Assembly: GCA_045863295.1 (NCBI GenBank)
Contig: BTWA01000027.1
Location: 1-64,000 of the forward strand
DNA length: 64,000 nucleotides
Source: Candidatus Hydrogenedentota bacterium
GTDB taxonomy: Bacteria; Hydrogenedentota; Hydrogenedentia; Hydrogenedentales; SLHB01
Direction: 5' to 3'
Shown piece after piece: positions 38,729-48,358 of the stretch. Made by a program: the position numbers and the translations under genes. The number at the start of each line of letters is the position of its first letter. The first letter of the stretch is position 1. Below the pieces are notes generated by a model. That model worked only from the letters and a program-made list of their open reading frames with translations. It had not been told where the DNA came from and ran no database searches.

Positions 38729-41363
38729 GGTAAGAATTGCTACCAGGCCATGATCGATTACACTTTCCACGCGGAGTTTCAACGCGGGTTTCCGTTGCGG
38801 ATTGCCTACCAGGCCATGATCGATTACACTCGACGGCCGCAGCACTCGCGCAGAAGGCGGTTGCGGATTGCCTACCAGGCCATGATCGATTACACTCGCA
38901 GCGGCGGGTTTCCTCCTGATGCCCAGGTTGCGGATTGCCTACCAGGCCATGATCGATTACACTCGAGTGTCGGGCATAGGCGCGTCACTCTCTGTTGCGG
39001 ATTGCCTACCAGGCCATGATCGATTACACTGTCCAACGCACACACCCATCCTCATACCGGTTGCGGATTGCCTACCAGGCCATGATCGATTACACTGGCC
39101 TGTATCGAAGCGTCGGAACTCTCCGAGTTGCGGATTGCCTACCAGGCCATGATCGATTACACTTAATGCCGTGGAGGATATGATGCGGATTGCGTTGCGG
39201 ATTGCCTACCAGGCCATGATCGATTACACTTTGTCCAGACTGCCCACTTCGTAATCATCGTTGCGGATTGCCTACCAGGCCATGATCGATTACACTCGGA
39301 AAGCGAAGAGTGCGAAGAGTCCCGCGTTGCGGATTGCCTACCAGGCCATGATCGATTACACTTTCCACGTGGAACCACGCCTTGTGGCATCAGTTGCGGA
39401 TTGCCTACCAGGCCATGATCGATTACACTTAACTGTCCGTGGCATTGTCAAAGCCAAGTGTTGCGGATTGCCTACCAGGCCATGATCGATTACACTCGGC
39501 AATGCGTTGGGCTTTTCCGAACGTAGTTGCGGATTGCCTTCCAGGCCATGATCGATTACACTGTCGCCCGTCCAGTGACACGGTGCGTCAGTGTTGCGGA
39601 TTGCCTACCAGGCCATGATCGATTACACTCATCGTCGCGTGCGCGTTCGATAACGAAGGGTTGCGGATTGCCTACCAGGCCATGATCGATTACACTCTCG
39701 CGGCCTAATTCCGTGTCAGCCGATTGTTGCGGATTGCCTACCAGGCCATGATCGATTACACTATTCCCGTTTCGACGATCACCGCTATTTACGTTGCGGA
39801 TTGCCTACCAGGCCATGATCGATTACACTTCTCCGCCCCATTGGTTCAGCATGGACTCTGTTGCGGATTGCCTACCAGGCCATGATCGATTACACTTGTC
39901 GGGAACGCTCGCATCCGACGGGCACGGTTGCGGATTGCCTACCAGGCCATGATCGATTACACTATATATTCTGAGACTGTTTGGTTGTTCGGGTTGCGGA
40001 TTGCCTACCAGGCCATGATCGATTACACTCAAACCGTTTGGTTCAAACGGCGCTGGACGTTGCGGATTGCCTACCAGGCCATGATCGATTACACTCGGTA
40101 GACTTGCCGGAACCGAATGGTCCCCGTTGCGGATTGCCTACCAGGCCATGATCGATTACACTGTCCGCATAAGGAGAAAGTCATGAACATCGGTTGCGGA
40201 TTGCCTACCAGGCCATGATCGATTACACTCACGTCTCCGGCCTCATCATGGAATTTACGGTTGCGGATTGCCTACCAGGCCATGATCGATTACACTCGCA
40301 TTCCGCACGGGCGATTGATTGAATCGGTTGCGGATTGCCTACCAGGCCATGATCGATTACACTCAGGTCAACGCGATGATGTCGGTATAGCTGTTGCGGA
40401 TTGCCTACCAGGCCATGATCGATTACACTCGCCCTTACCAACTACCATCGAAACATGCTGTTGCGGATTGCCTACCAGGCCATGATCGATTACACTCGTT
40501 CAATAGACGCCAACGTAGGGCCCTAGTTGCGGATTGCCTACCAGGCCATGATCGATTACACTGTCTCCGTACAAATACATACGAGATTGCCGGTTGCGGA
40601 TTGCCTACCAGGCCATGATCGATTACACTTACAGGAGGAGTCCGACCGCGAGTTCGCGCGTTGCGGATTGCCTACCAGGCCATGATCGATTACACTCGAT
40701 GTGGCGATGGATGCGTGGGTAATTGCGTTGCGGATTGCCTACCAGGCCATGATCGATTACACTTTTGCAGGATTAGTCCAACCAGTATCTATAGTTGCGG
40801 ATTGCCTACCAGGCCATGATCGATTACACTTGACTCGTGCTCAAGCACGTAAAGGCCATAGTTGCGGATTGCCTACCAGGCCATGATCGATTACACTATC
40901 AACCCGCGCTGCCGTGGGCGAACTGAGTTGCGGATTGCCTACCAGGCCATGATCGATTACACTCTTCCGGGTGCGTAACGACTACCCCGGGTTGTTGCGG
41001 ATTGCCTACCAGGCCATGATCGATTACACTCTCACACTCCCGCTGTTCGCGAAATTGGCGTTGCGGATTGCCTACCAGGCCATGATCGATTACACTCCAA
41101 TCCATCATCTTCTTGGTCCCGTCCGTGTTGCGGATTGCCTACCAGGCCATGATCGATTACACTCATGGGGCCGGACGGAACAGGGAGATGGAAGTTGCGG
41201 ATTGCCTACCAGGCCATGATCGATTACACTTGTGCTCCGTCGTGAACACCACGGCGTCTGTTGCGGATTGCCTACCAGGCCATGATCGATTACACTGATG
41301 ACGAGGTCAGGGAGTTACAAGCATGAGTTGCGGATTGCCTACCAGGCCATGATCGATTACACT
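38729..41363 (+). CRISPR. Type II-C CRISPR array: 39 full 37-nt repeats + 1 degenerate first repeat, 39 spacers of 29-30 nt
   Basis: Repeat GTTGCGGATTGCCTACCAGGCCATGATCGATTACACT from 38794 to 41363, period 66-67. Degenerate copy at 38729-38764. One A>T variant at 39540. + orientation inferred from the tracrRNA anti-repeat. Confidence 0.98.
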
Positions 41364-41410
41364 ACGTGCTTGGTAAACATCTTATCCGCAAGGGGTTATG
41401 GGCGATCCGG

Positions 41411-41740
41411 CTAGAAGAATTCGAGCTGGGCTGGCGGTTCCTCTGGTGGTTTTCGGCGTTTTCCCCAGAAAACGCGCATGCGCTCAAACTGTTTTTCCGT
41501 GATGACGATAAGCCGAACCTCGCCATCCGGGGGAAGCGATTTTTCGACACGCTTGACGTGTACATCCACATTCTCCTGACTGGGGCAGTGCCGGATATAG
41601 ACCGAATACTGCATTTGCGCGAACCCATCTTTCAACAGGCTCGTACGGAAGCGCGTGTACTCGCGCCGCGCATCCTTGGTATCCGTGGGCAAATCGAACA
41701 TGGCCACTATCCACATGAAACGGTACTTGCTAAGCTCCAT
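41411..41740 (-). CDS. cas2: CRISPR-associated Cas2
   Basis: YRFMWIVAMFDLPT...FRTSLLKDGF.QMQYSVY...ITEKQF. Between cas1 and the array. Confidence 0.96.
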   Translation of the reverse strand: MELSKYRFMWIVAMFDLPTDTKDARREYTRFRTSLLKDGFAQMQYSVYIRHCPSQENVDVHVKRVEKSLPPDGEVRLIVITEKQFERMRVFWGKRRKPPEEPPAQLEFF

Positions 41741-41746
41741 GGCCGT

Positions 41747-42649
41747 CTAATCCATGCTGGACTCCGGGATCCAAAGGTTCGAATCGCTGCCCTGAATACA
41801 CCTGACCAGTGAATACGCCATTTTCTGGACGCCGTTCATCATGGGACATGTATCGCCCTCGAAAACAACCGTGCCGTGGAGGAGGCCAAGCAGTTCACTC
41901 TTCGCCTTCGGTTGAATCGTGCCGATACCGGCCTCATCCAATTTGCGTACTGCCGCATCAACCATGGGGCGCAACGGCTCGACCAAATCATCAGCGAGGC
42001 AAAAGGCATTGGACCGATTGCAGTGGTGAATGCCGAGCGCGGTGTTGAGTCCCGCGCCCACAAGGGCGCGCGCCACACTCGCCCTCATAAGGGCATAGCC
42101 ATAATTCAGCAGCGCGTTGATGCCGTCCCCATCGGGATCGCGGCGAAACGCGCGGCCCTCGCCAAGCCAATTGGCCCAGTACAGCTTCGCCGCCTGCGCT
42201 TCCATGTTTGAGGGATCCCCGGACCGCACAGTACGGCTCATCTCCATCAACCTGCGGCGAGCCGGCGTATCGCCCCCAAGATTGCCGGCCTGCGCCCGAA
42301 TCTTCGCGACCACCAATTGCCGCCATAGGCTCTTTCGTACGGGTTTAGACAAGGCAATCTGATCATGAATGCGGGACACCACTTCGAGATGGTCTGAGAG
42401 AGGCAAAACCATGCCCACCGGCAGATGATTCCCGCCACACAACACGACAACGGTACCATGTTTCATCAACGTTGCCAGACCATGATGCGAATACGTCACT
42501 TGCCTTTGATCGACAACGAGGGCGCCCAAATCCTCGCAGGGAATTGAAACAGGCGGCCCCTCTCGCTCAGGAAACCGCAATTCAAGCTGGTCCAATGTTG
42601 CACTGATGTACGCAGGGGCATTCGAAACCTCGACAACGCGTTTAATCAT
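41747..42649 (-). CDS. cas1: CRISPR-associated Cas1 (type II), 300 aa
   Basis: EAQAAKLYW, NALLNYGY, GIHH.N..N.F.LADDLVEPLRP. Start MIKRVVE overlaps the cas9 stop. Confidence 0.96.
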   Translation of the reverse strand: MIKRVVEVSNAPAYISATLDQLELRFPEREGPPVSIPCEDLGALVVDQRQVTYSHHGLATLMKHGTVVVLCGGNHLPVGMVLPLSDHLEVVSRIHDQIALSKPVRKSLWRQLVVAKIRAQAGNLGGDTPARRRLMEMSRTVRSGDPSNMEAQAAKLYWANWLGEGRAFRRDPDGDGINALLNYGYALMRASVARALVGAGLNTALGIHHCNRSNAFCLADDLVEPLRPMVDAAVRKLDEAGIGTIQPKAKSELLGLLHGTVVFEGDTCPMMNGVQKMAYSLVRCIQGSDSNLWIPESSMD

Positions 42650-45600
42650 GCTCAACCCTGATAACTGCGCCCAGCGGACTGACGCGCACCTTATAGGGGC
42701 CTTCAGACGCAGTCGGACCGCAGTTGGCCAGGTCAGCGGGCGATACAGACCAACGTTCCTGGTCTGCGGCACTGCGTGCATCCCAGTCCGGCGCCAGGAC
42801 AATACTGATGCTCTTGCCATCGAGTTCAAGCTTTTTTACAACAAAATACCCAGTTTCGCTGCCTTGCTTAGGTCTTGCATGGATCATTTCCCCTTCAGCG
42901 AGCGACATAACAAACTGCAACTTGTCGCCATGATTCTTTTGAATAAGCAACGTATTCGCCGATTCGTCCACTCCTTTAAGGCGCTGGATTGCTTCATACA
43001 TGCTTACACATCTGCCTGACCACCTTCCGTTGGAACGGTTCCGAAGTATTTCGACATGATGATTATTGCCCCCTATGTAAACACGCCTGGGCTTTCCGCG
43101 GGACTGAATTACAACGGGGTTCTTGATTGTGCGCAAGACTTTCACTGCAGTTATCGGCACCCCGCTCGGCATCCGAAAGGCACCCGACTCCAACAGGCGT
43201 TGTACATCCTTTGGGGAGAATTCATCCGCGGAAAGATGGTTCGCCTGCATAATCTCACGCAGTATGCGCCGCATTTCCAAATCGCGAACCAACCCTCCCT
43301 TTCCTAGGGGCGGGTCCATAAGCACAGTGCATCCATTATCATTCTCGATTGGAACGGGCATGCGGAGCATCTTTGGGGTCAGCTTTACGAGGGGGAGACG
43401 AGTCACAAACACCTTGGCTTCCATATCGACCGTTCCATACAAAGTCTCTTCATGCAATGCGCCGACAAGGCGGCGTTTCACAGGTCGGTGACATATGACC
43501 AGCCCCCGTGTTTCATTGTCACCGAAAACATGGCCCATGACTTGGGCGCGGAACGTCTCCAAACTCGTCCACGGTTTAGGAACCGGCAATGTATCGCGCT
43601 TTTGCCGCTCACCTGTCCGTTTGTAGGTCTCCTCCTGGCGTGAAGCAATATCGGCCAACTCTTTCACGATAGCGGGACCACTTAACGCGATCACGACGGC
43701 ATCAATCGCGTGATGGTAATGATTCGCCCGGGTCTTCGATGCCGGCTTCGCACCGTCCTCCGATGGCGCGGCGACTTCATGATAAAGTTGCCAATCTGCG
43801 CGCAAAATTGCCGTGTACCGCCCCTTCGTGAATAGAATCTGCCGCCGGTTGCGGGGCGCATCGTGAAAGAGGGCCTCTTGAAGGTAGGCGCTCACTTCTC
43901 GCGCGGCATAGGACGTGTCCGACAACTGAGATTCGCGCCAAGCAGCTACATCCGCCTCTTTGACATCTCTGTCTAGATTATCCCTCTTGCGCTTGAAATC
44001 CGACCGCCGAAAATAGCTGGTGTCGGATTTCGTCGGCTTGGCTAAGTGAGCAAAGCGCTGCTTAAACGTGTCAACCAACCCTTTGCGCGCTATCCACTCT
44101 TTGGCGGTCTCGTTGCCCTTGTTGCGGTTGCAATCCCTATGGCAGAGCACCCGGTTATTGAGGCCATCCTCACCGCCACGGCTCTTGGGAATTACATGGT
44201 CGACTTCAACGCCATGCCCCCGCGCAGCATCGGTGTCGGACATCTGCTGGGGGGAGTCGCAGTAGGGACAAAGCCCTTTCTGCTGGCGCCAGAGCAGAAC
44301 GCGATCCTCGCCCCTGCGCCGTTGATTCTCATTGAGATTCTCCAACTGGTAGTCTTCGGCAATTTTCTTCCTGATCTTCTCCCGTTGCCTGTTCCGCGCC
44401 AGAATCTCATTTCGCACCTTGCCGCTTTGTTTGGCCTCGCGCGCCATTTCGATCACGACCCGGTCCGGCTTACGGCCAAACCGCCGCAGATACTCATTCA
44501 AATGCCGACGCACCTCGTGAATCGCTTTGCGGACAACGGGATTGGCCAGCATGGGGGCGGGCGGCAGCACATCAGCGTGCTTTTCCATGAACCGGCGCTT
44601 GGCTTTGTTCGCGCCCCTCAGGCGCAGAAGCGCCTCGGCTTTTTGCTCGCCAACCAATTCATTCAGCAATTCAATCAAATCAGCATCAACGGTGAACGCA
44701 TAGCGGGCGCGCTGTTCTGGCGTTGCGCTGCTTGCCGCATCTTTCGAGAATGCTTCGCGCGCTTCAGTAACGGAAGCCCCCAGGCGCATGTAAGGCAGTA
44801 GATTCAAGATGGCGTGCCGGGATAGACTGACTCTATTTTCCAGCTTGGGGCGTTTCTTCCATGCGTCATTAAGCTTTCCGGTGCTCTCTTCTGATAGGCC
44901 CCACCAGGCCCGGCACCCACCGGCAAGCCGCTCCCGATCTAACTTGACATCCGGATCGAACTTCTGGAGCGCCCGGTTTACGGATTCTTTGCGGCTTTCG
45001 TCGAAAGTGAACCATGTATCTTCACCGATTGCCCCAAGTACAATTTCGCGGTAGAACCAATCGGTGTTGATCTCCCGTTCCGCATCTGAATCCGTATTCA
45101 ACTCATAAAACGCGGCGACCTCGCGCCTGTTTATGCCCAAGGCCGTTCGGATTGTTTTACCGGTGGCCTTCTTCTGATTTCGGAGCGCGGCAATCACTTT
45201 CTCGCGCTCGCTGTCACTCAAGGCTCTCATTTCTTCGTCGTGCTTCCGAATACGGATATTGTTCACGTTTTCCAGAACCCGGAATTCTTGAGCGTGCATG
45301 TCAGCCATTGGGCAGCATTGATCGGTCGGCTCTAAATCACATCGGCCCATCGTTCCTGTTCGCCAATAGGACTTGCGCTGTTCAAATACAATGCCCTTGT
45401 GCCGGAAAGTGGCGTCAGGTTTGGGGTTGTCAAACTGGGTTCGAAACTCGTCGGTGAGTAATTCGGCCAGGACCCCTCCAATAGAAACCTGCTTTTGCCA
45501 GATTGCCTCAAACTCGTCCAGGATCATCTTCCGGGTGGCGTGAAACTCGTGGCTGTCACGCCGGTTTCGAATCGAACCATGTATGGCAAATGGCTGATTT

Positions 45601-46172
45601 TTTCTGTTAGTAGCTGGAGTTTGCCTTTCCACATATAGGCGGGCCATAGTTTGGCCAAAATGTTCGTCCTGCCGCCTGACTTTTTCCAGTTTGTCGATAC
45701 CAGCCTTGACGGCACCTTCTTCCTTGGACTTCCCGTCTTCCTCTTCCGCATTTTCGGCCGCTTCAGCTTCGTCCGATTCAGTGAGGATGCCAAATGCTCC
45801 TCTGCGCTGGTTCAGGTGAACCAAGAGCCGTCCAAACTCATGGGGCGTCAGCGCGCGCTGTAATGCGTCGGTCCTGAGTTCCCATGGATTTGTCCGCATC
45901 AGGTGATTGAAATCAGACTGGGTCTCTGGGAGTAGACCGTGCTCAACCAGAACCGCCCGCAGACGCTTCTTACGGCGTGCGCGCCGCTCAATAATCCTGC
46001 GCGATTGCCGCTTTGCTCTCCGCGCCTGATTCTTGGGGGCGCCGCGCTTGTTGCTGCTCTCCTCAACGCCAGCCGGGAATACACTTACACCGGCCACTAT
46101 TTCCCCAGTCTCCGTATCAACCCAAGCACTGCCAACGGAGTTGCTGCCGATGTCCAAACCTATAGAAATCAT
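42642..46172 (-). CDS. cas9: Type II-C Cas9, about 1176 aa
   Basis: RuvC-I GLDIGSNSVG, Arg-rich bridge helix, RuvC-II VIEMARE, HNH EVDHVIP...N...NRNKG, RuvC-III HYHHAIDA. GGAGG RBS before ATG 46172. No csn2 or cas4. Confidence 0.97.
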   Translation of the reverse strand: MISIGLDIGSNSVGSAWVDTETGEIVAGVSVFPAGVEESSNKRGAPKNQARRAKRQSRRIIERRARRKKRLRAVLVEHGLLPETQSDFNHLMRTNPWELRTDALQRALTPHEFGRLLVHLNQRRGAFGILTESDEAEAAENAEEEDGKSKEEGAVKAGIDKLEKVRRQDEHFGQTMARLYVERQTPATNRKNQPFAIHGSIRNRRDSHEFHATRKMILDEFEAIWQKQVSIGGVLAELLTDEFRTQFDNPKPDATFRHKGIVFEQRKSYWRTGTMGRCDLEPTDQCCPMADMHAQEFRVLENVNNIRIRKHDEEMRALSDSEREKVIAALRNQKKATGKTIRTALGINRREVAAFYELNTDSDAEREINTDWFYREIVLGAIGEDTWFTFDESRKESVNRALQKFDPDVKLDRERLAGGCRAWWGLSEESTGKLNDAWKKRPKLENRVSLSRHAILNLLPYMRLGASVTEAREAFSKDAASSATPEQRARYAFTVDADLIELLNELVGEQKAEALLRLRGANKAKRRFMEKHADVLPPAPMLANPVVRKAIHEVRRHLNEYLRRFGRKPDRVVIEMAREAKQSGKVRNEILARNRQREKIRKKIAEDYQLENLNENQRRRGEDRVLLWRQQKGLCPYCDSPQQMSDTDAARGHGVEVDHVIPKSRGGEDGLNNRVLCHRDCNRNKGNETAKEWIARKGLVDTFKQRFAHLAKPTKSDTSYFRRSDFKRKRDNLDRDVKEADVAAWRESQLSDTSYAAREVSAYLQEALFHDAPRNRRQILFTKGRYTAILRADWQLYHEVAAPSEDGAKPASKTRANHYHHAIDAVVIALSGPAIVKELADIASRQEETYKRTGERQKRDTLPVPKPWTSLETFRAQVMGHVFGDNETRGLVICHRPVKRRLVGALHEETLYGTVDMEAKVFVTRLPLVKLTPKMLRMPVPIENDNGCTVLMDPPLGKGGLVRDLEMRRILREIMQANHLSADEFSPKDVQRLLESGAFRMPSGVPITAVKVLRTIKNPVVIQSRGKPRRVYIGGNNHHVEILRNRSNGRWSGRCVSMYEAIQRLKGVDESANTLLIQKNHGDKLQFVMSLAEGEMIHARPKQGSETGYFVVKKLELDGKSISIVLAPDWDARSAADQERWSVSPADLANCGPTASEGPYKVRVSPLGAVIRVEHD

Positions 46173-46210
46173 TGCATTGCCTCCGCCCACGACGGCAATC
46201 CACTCATTTC

Positions 46211-46239
46211 TTGACACGACTAGTGTCGCATGATAGCAT
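46211..46239 (+). promoter_or_regulatory. sigma70 promoter of the tracrRNA
   Basis: TTGACA-N17-TAGCAT with extended TG, 7 nt upstream of the anti-repeat. Confidence 0.75.
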
Positions 46240-46245
46240 ATCGAA

Positions 46246-46364
46246 CGTGTAATCGATCATGGCCTGTTGGTTTTTCGCAACAAGACGAGAGATTCGCAGG
46301 CACCTCTAATCCTTCGGGAGTAGAGACCAGCCGCAGCGGAGCGACCCTCCTTCTGCGGCTTTTT
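46246..46364 (+). ncRNA. tracrRNA
   Basis: Anti-repeat GTGTAATCGATCATGGCCTG (20/20 to the repeat reverse complement), then TTGGTTTTT-CGCAAC. Followed by a nexus-like hairpin, a CTCTAaTCC-TTCG-GGAgTAGAG hairpin and terminator AGCCGCAG...CTGCGGCT-TTTT. Confidence 0.9.
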
Positions 46365-46472
46365 GCTTTAACAGTGCATGGCATCCCTCGGTAATCACTT
46401 GCTTTCTCCAATCCCGTTGATCCATCCTGCCCTCGGTGGTTAGCCGCAGCACTCCTGGGAGCCTTATGCGCT

Positions 46473-48074
46473 ATGAATGGTGGCGATCTGTCTTTGACCT
46501 GGCAGTATGTTGACAAGTGGGCGAAAGACAATCCAGAAGGCGAAGCCACGGTTTTTCACGGTACCCGTTTGACATGGACCCAGTTCCGGGACGAAGTGGA
46601 TAAGGCGGCCAAAGCCCTCATTGAGTGCGGTGTGAATCGGGGTGACCGGGTCGCGTTCCTGGCAATGGCCCAACCTGAGTTTCTAATCACGTTCATGGCT
46701 GCGAATAAAGTCGGGGCTATGTGGCTTGGTTTGTCCCCGAAGTTTACCTCGGATGAACTCGCCTACATCGTCGGGGATGCAAGGCCCGCTGCATTGATTA
46801 CACTCCATGATTACCGGGGCCATGATCTCAATTCGACTATCCACGCACTGGATTTGGCCTCAGAATTCAAAGTAATTTTGCTGCTCGGAGATTCGCCCGT
46901 ATTGGACTTGAACTGCCGCGCCCCGGTCTTTGCTTACAACTCGTATGTAAACCACGATCGCTCGAATCTGGACGAGTCCTTGCGTGACCGCGTGAAACAG
47001 GCCAAGCCGGACGACAATGCGCTGCTTATGTACACTTCCGGTTCTACCGGGAAACCCAAAGGCGTGGTGCATACGCATGCCAGTATTATCGCGAACATTG
47101 CCGCACAAACGCGTCATTTCATGATGGAAGAAACAACCCGCTCGCTGATTCACTTTCCCATCAATCACGTGGCTGCCGATGTGGAACTCGGATTCGGTTC
47201 GATTTTCGGTGGCGGAACGGCCGTGATGATGGATGCCTTCGATCCCGTCGAGACATTGGAGATCGTCGAACGAGAGCGGATCACCATGTTTGGGCAGGTA
47301 CCCGCCATGTTTTTCTTGGAAATGACCACGCCTAAATGGCGTGAAATGGACTGGTCTTCGGTCAAGGCTTTTCTTTGGGGAGGCGCTTCGGCGCCTAAGG
47401 AATTGCTTACCGTCCTTGACGGCATTGCTAGGAAACACGGCGCACTGTTGATGACGGGATACGGATCCACGGAAGTCGGAGGCTTCGTCACCTACTCGGA
47501 ACCTGACGACTCCCTCGAAACGCTTGTGTCCGGCGCAGGCCGGTGCGCACCGGAGTTTGAACTGCGGATAGTGGATGAAAACAGGCAACCTGTGTCCACA
47601 GGTGTGGTGGGAGAGATTGCCGTTCGCGGTCCGTTGTTAATGAAAGAGTACTTGAACAATCCAGAAGCGACTGCGAAGGTACTCGACGATCAAAGCTGGT
47701 ACTACACGAACGATTTGGCTCGACTTGATGAAGCCGGCAACCTCCACATAACCGGCCGAAAAAGCGAAATGTACAAATCTGGGGGCGAAAACGTGTTTCC
47801 ACGCGAGGTGGAAGCAGTAATCGAGGCCATGCCTGAGGTGCTTATGGCCGCGGTCATCGGTGTACCCGATCCGCTTTTTCAAGAGGTGGGCCATGCATTT
47901 GTGATGCCGCATCCCGGCAAGTCCGTGGACGAGGAGGCCCTCCGCCTGCATTGCAGAGAGCATCTTGCCAATTTCAAAGTGCCCAAACACTTCGACGTTA
48001 AGCCGTCGTTGCCACTTCTGGCCACAGGGAAGATCAACAAAGTCGCATTGAAGCAGATGTATATCGGTGAATGA
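46473..48074 (+). CDS. AMP-forming long-chain acyl-CoA synthetase (class I adenylate-forming)
   Basis: YTSGSTGKPKG, GYGSTE, GRKSEMYKSGGENVFPREVE, ATGKINK. Confidence 0.92.
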   Translation: MNGGDLSLTWQYVDKWAKDNPEGEATVFHGTRLTWTQFRDEVDKAAKALIECGVNRGDRVAFLAMAQPEFLITFMAANKVGAMWLGLSPKFTSDELAYIVGDARPAALITLHDYRGHDLNSTIHALDLASEFKVILLLGDSPVLDLNCRAPVFAYNSYVNHDRSNLDESLRDRVKQAKPDDNALLMYTSGSTGKPKGVVHTHASIIANIAAQTRHFMMEETTRSLIHFPINHVAADVELGFGSIFGGGTAVMMDAFDPVETLEIVERERITMFGQVPAMFFLEMTTPKWREMDWSSVKAFLWGGASAPKELLTVLDGIARKHGALLMTGYGSTEVGGFVTYSEPDDSLETLVSGAGRCAPEFELRIVDENRQPVSTGVVGEIAVRGPLLMKEYLNNPEATAKVLDDQSWYYTNDLARLDEAGNLHITGRKSEMYKSGGENVFPREVEAVIEAMPEVLMAAVIGVPDPLFQEVGHAFVMPHPGKSVDEEALRLHCREHLANFKVPKHFDVKPSLPLLATGKINKVALKQMYIGE

Positions 48075-48358
48075 ACCGGCCCCCATCTCCGGCTCGGGTC
48101 TTGAAGGCTCGGGAATGTCTATGCTAGCGTTACGCGGGCCTGAAACACCTTTGGAGACGCGATTTATGAAGCACGTTCGCACAATGTCGAAGTTCCCCCA
48201 GCCCGCCACGATTGGTCCGGGACTGTCTTGGGTTCAGCAGTTGTTTCTGTTGTTGACCAAGGGCCGCTTTCTGCCCGTGAAGTAGTCTTTGACCTGTAGT
48301 AAAGCGCACCTTTGGACGGTGCCCCCAGCACGATGGAACCAATCACAGGAGACGTGCC

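Noticed and set aside
39164..39193. Spacer whose last 12 nt (GATGCGGATTGC) match the repeat start at 11/12
   Set aside because: Spacer length is normal (30 nt) and it is a single case; cannot be separated from chance or local slippage.
38702..41298. Many short repetitive ORFs (RIAYQAMIDYT, ADCLPGHDRLH)
   Set aside because: Translations of the CRISPR repeats, not genes.
38765..41326. Self-targeting or duplicated spacers
   Set aside because: None noticed by eye, but an exhaustive alignment could not be run, so no claim is made.
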